Shown in pieces: positions 31,400 through 32,000 of a stretch of DNA of 32,000 nucleotides. Every line of letters begins with the position of its first letter. Within the stretch, counting starts at the first letter, position 1. A model generated the notes under the pieces. That model made no database searches. It saw only the letters and a program-made list of their open reading frames with translations, and was not told the origin of the DNA. The translations under genes were made by a program, and so were the position numbers. Origin of the DNA: Nitrososphaera viennensis EN76 (GTDB lineage: Archaea > Thermoproteota > Nitrososphaeria > Nitrososphaerales > Nitrososphaeraceae); the NCBI RefSeq assembly GCF_000698785.1, contig NZ_CP007536.1:570001-602000 (forward strand). The letters are read 5' to 3'.

Positions 31400-32000
31400 T
31401 TGGCCGGCCTTGAACTTGGTGCGAACAACAATAATAATAGCAGCACAGTCAGCAGGCCGTTTGTCGTTTCTGCGGTAGTGCTTGCGTTTGCCGGCTCGCT
31501 TGTAGGCTCGGTCTGGATGATGGCGCTTTTTGGCGTGCAGGCAGGCGGCACCTACATGGCGTTTCCGCTGCACAGGGCGCTGCAGATAGACGGTTTTCTC
31601 ACCGTGCTCATCATGGGCATAGGCTACATGATAGTCCCGCGCTTTAGAAACTCCACGCTGCCATCCACAAAGCTTGCGTACGTTTCTCTTGCCCTTGTAC
31701 TTGCGTCAATCGCCCTGTCTGTCGCGTCCACGGTGTCGCCGGGAAGCGACGACGACAACATGCAGGCGCTTTCAAGCGCCGCAAGGCTTGCAGGGGTTGC
31801 CATCTTTTCAGGCATGGTGTTCTGGATGCTGCGCATCCGGCCCAGGCTGCTTGGCCTTGCAGACTATTTCATCGGCCTTTCGGTGGCGACGCTCCTTGTG
31901 CTTGGCGTGATCAGGATGTCAGGGGCAGAGGTGGCAAGCGCGCTGTCCGAGGTCCAGGTGCTTTTGCTCTTTCCACTCCTGATGATCTTTGGGGTAGAGT
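31400..32000 (+). CDS. polytopic membrane protein, 3'-truncated by the window end (possibly NnrS-like; family uncertain)
   Basis: Frame 2 is open from 31250 to the window end. It reads ...PFVVSAVVLAFAGSLVGSVWMMALFGVQAGGTYMAFPLHRALQIDGFLTVLIMGIGYMIVPRFRN... with several TM helices. The first in-frame ATG (31517) would cut TM1, so the TTG at 31400 is proposed. This ORF is not in the supplied track because it has no stop. Confidence 0.5.
   Translation, partial: MAGLELGANNNNNSSTVSRPFVVSAVVLAFAGSLVGSVWMMALFGVQAGGTYMAFPLHRALQIDGFLTVLIMGIGYMIVPRFRNSTLPSTKLAYVSLALVLASIALSVASTVSPGSDDDNMQALSSAARLAGVAIFSGMVFWMLRIRPRLLGLADYFIGLSVATLLVLGVIRMSGAEVASALSEVQVLLLFPLLMIFGVE

Noticed and set aside
1-32000. CRISPR arrays, rRNA genes, additional tRNAs
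   Set aside because: I saw no regularly spaced direct repeats and no rRNA-like or further cloverleaf-forming segments. The copies at 6241 and 19456 are tRNA 3' fragments only.

Overview
The window looks archaeal. TATA-like boxes sit about 25 nt upstream of first-gene ATGs, Shine-Dalgarno sequences appear only inside operons, and the tRNA has no encoded CCA. The gene content fits a soil thaumarchaeon (Nitrososphaera-like), but that is inference only. Left edge (1-2569): scpA, an SNase-like nuclease, a membrane-anchored protein and tRNA-Arg(GCG). The last 16 nt of this tRNA recur as direct repeats at 6241-6256 (16/16) and 19456-19471 (15/16). These repeats split the region to the right of the tRNA into two putative integrated segments, and I see no integrase in either. 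Segment 1 (2570-6256) is AT-rich and ORF-poor, and holds a zinc-ribbon ORF, a PPOX-like gene, a SAM methyltransferase and a diverged motif-plus-hairpin repeat. Segment 2 (6257-19471) is mostly GC-rich. It carries a six-gene hyf/hyc-like membrane complex whose large subunit has lost all four Ni-Fe cysteines (Ehr-type, not a hydrogenase). It also carries a divergent wHTH regulator, a small Cys-cluster membrane protein, a second PPOX paralog, an ABC-2 exporter and an AT-rich alpha/beta hydrolase gene. The right part (19557-32000) holds an FkbM methyltransferase, a stand-alone flavodiiron-type MBL domain, an Lrp/AsnC regulator and a trio of coupled Cys-rich small ORFs. It continues with an RHH protein, an orphan substrate-binding protein, and two tandem secreted proteins of extreme Asp/Asn/His/Tyr composition that share a conserved promoter. 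After these come a Roadblock-like / small / PH-like gene cluster and a sequon-rich surface glycoprotein with two Ig-like repeats. Last are a membrane-tethered wHTH regulator with a ligand-degenerate cupredoxin ectodomain and a truncated polytopic membrane protein. The most interesting items are the Asp-rich secreted pair, the Ehr-type complex on a tRNA-flanked island, and the cupredoxin-wHTH transmembrane regulator. All family calls come from reading motifs by eye; no searches were run.
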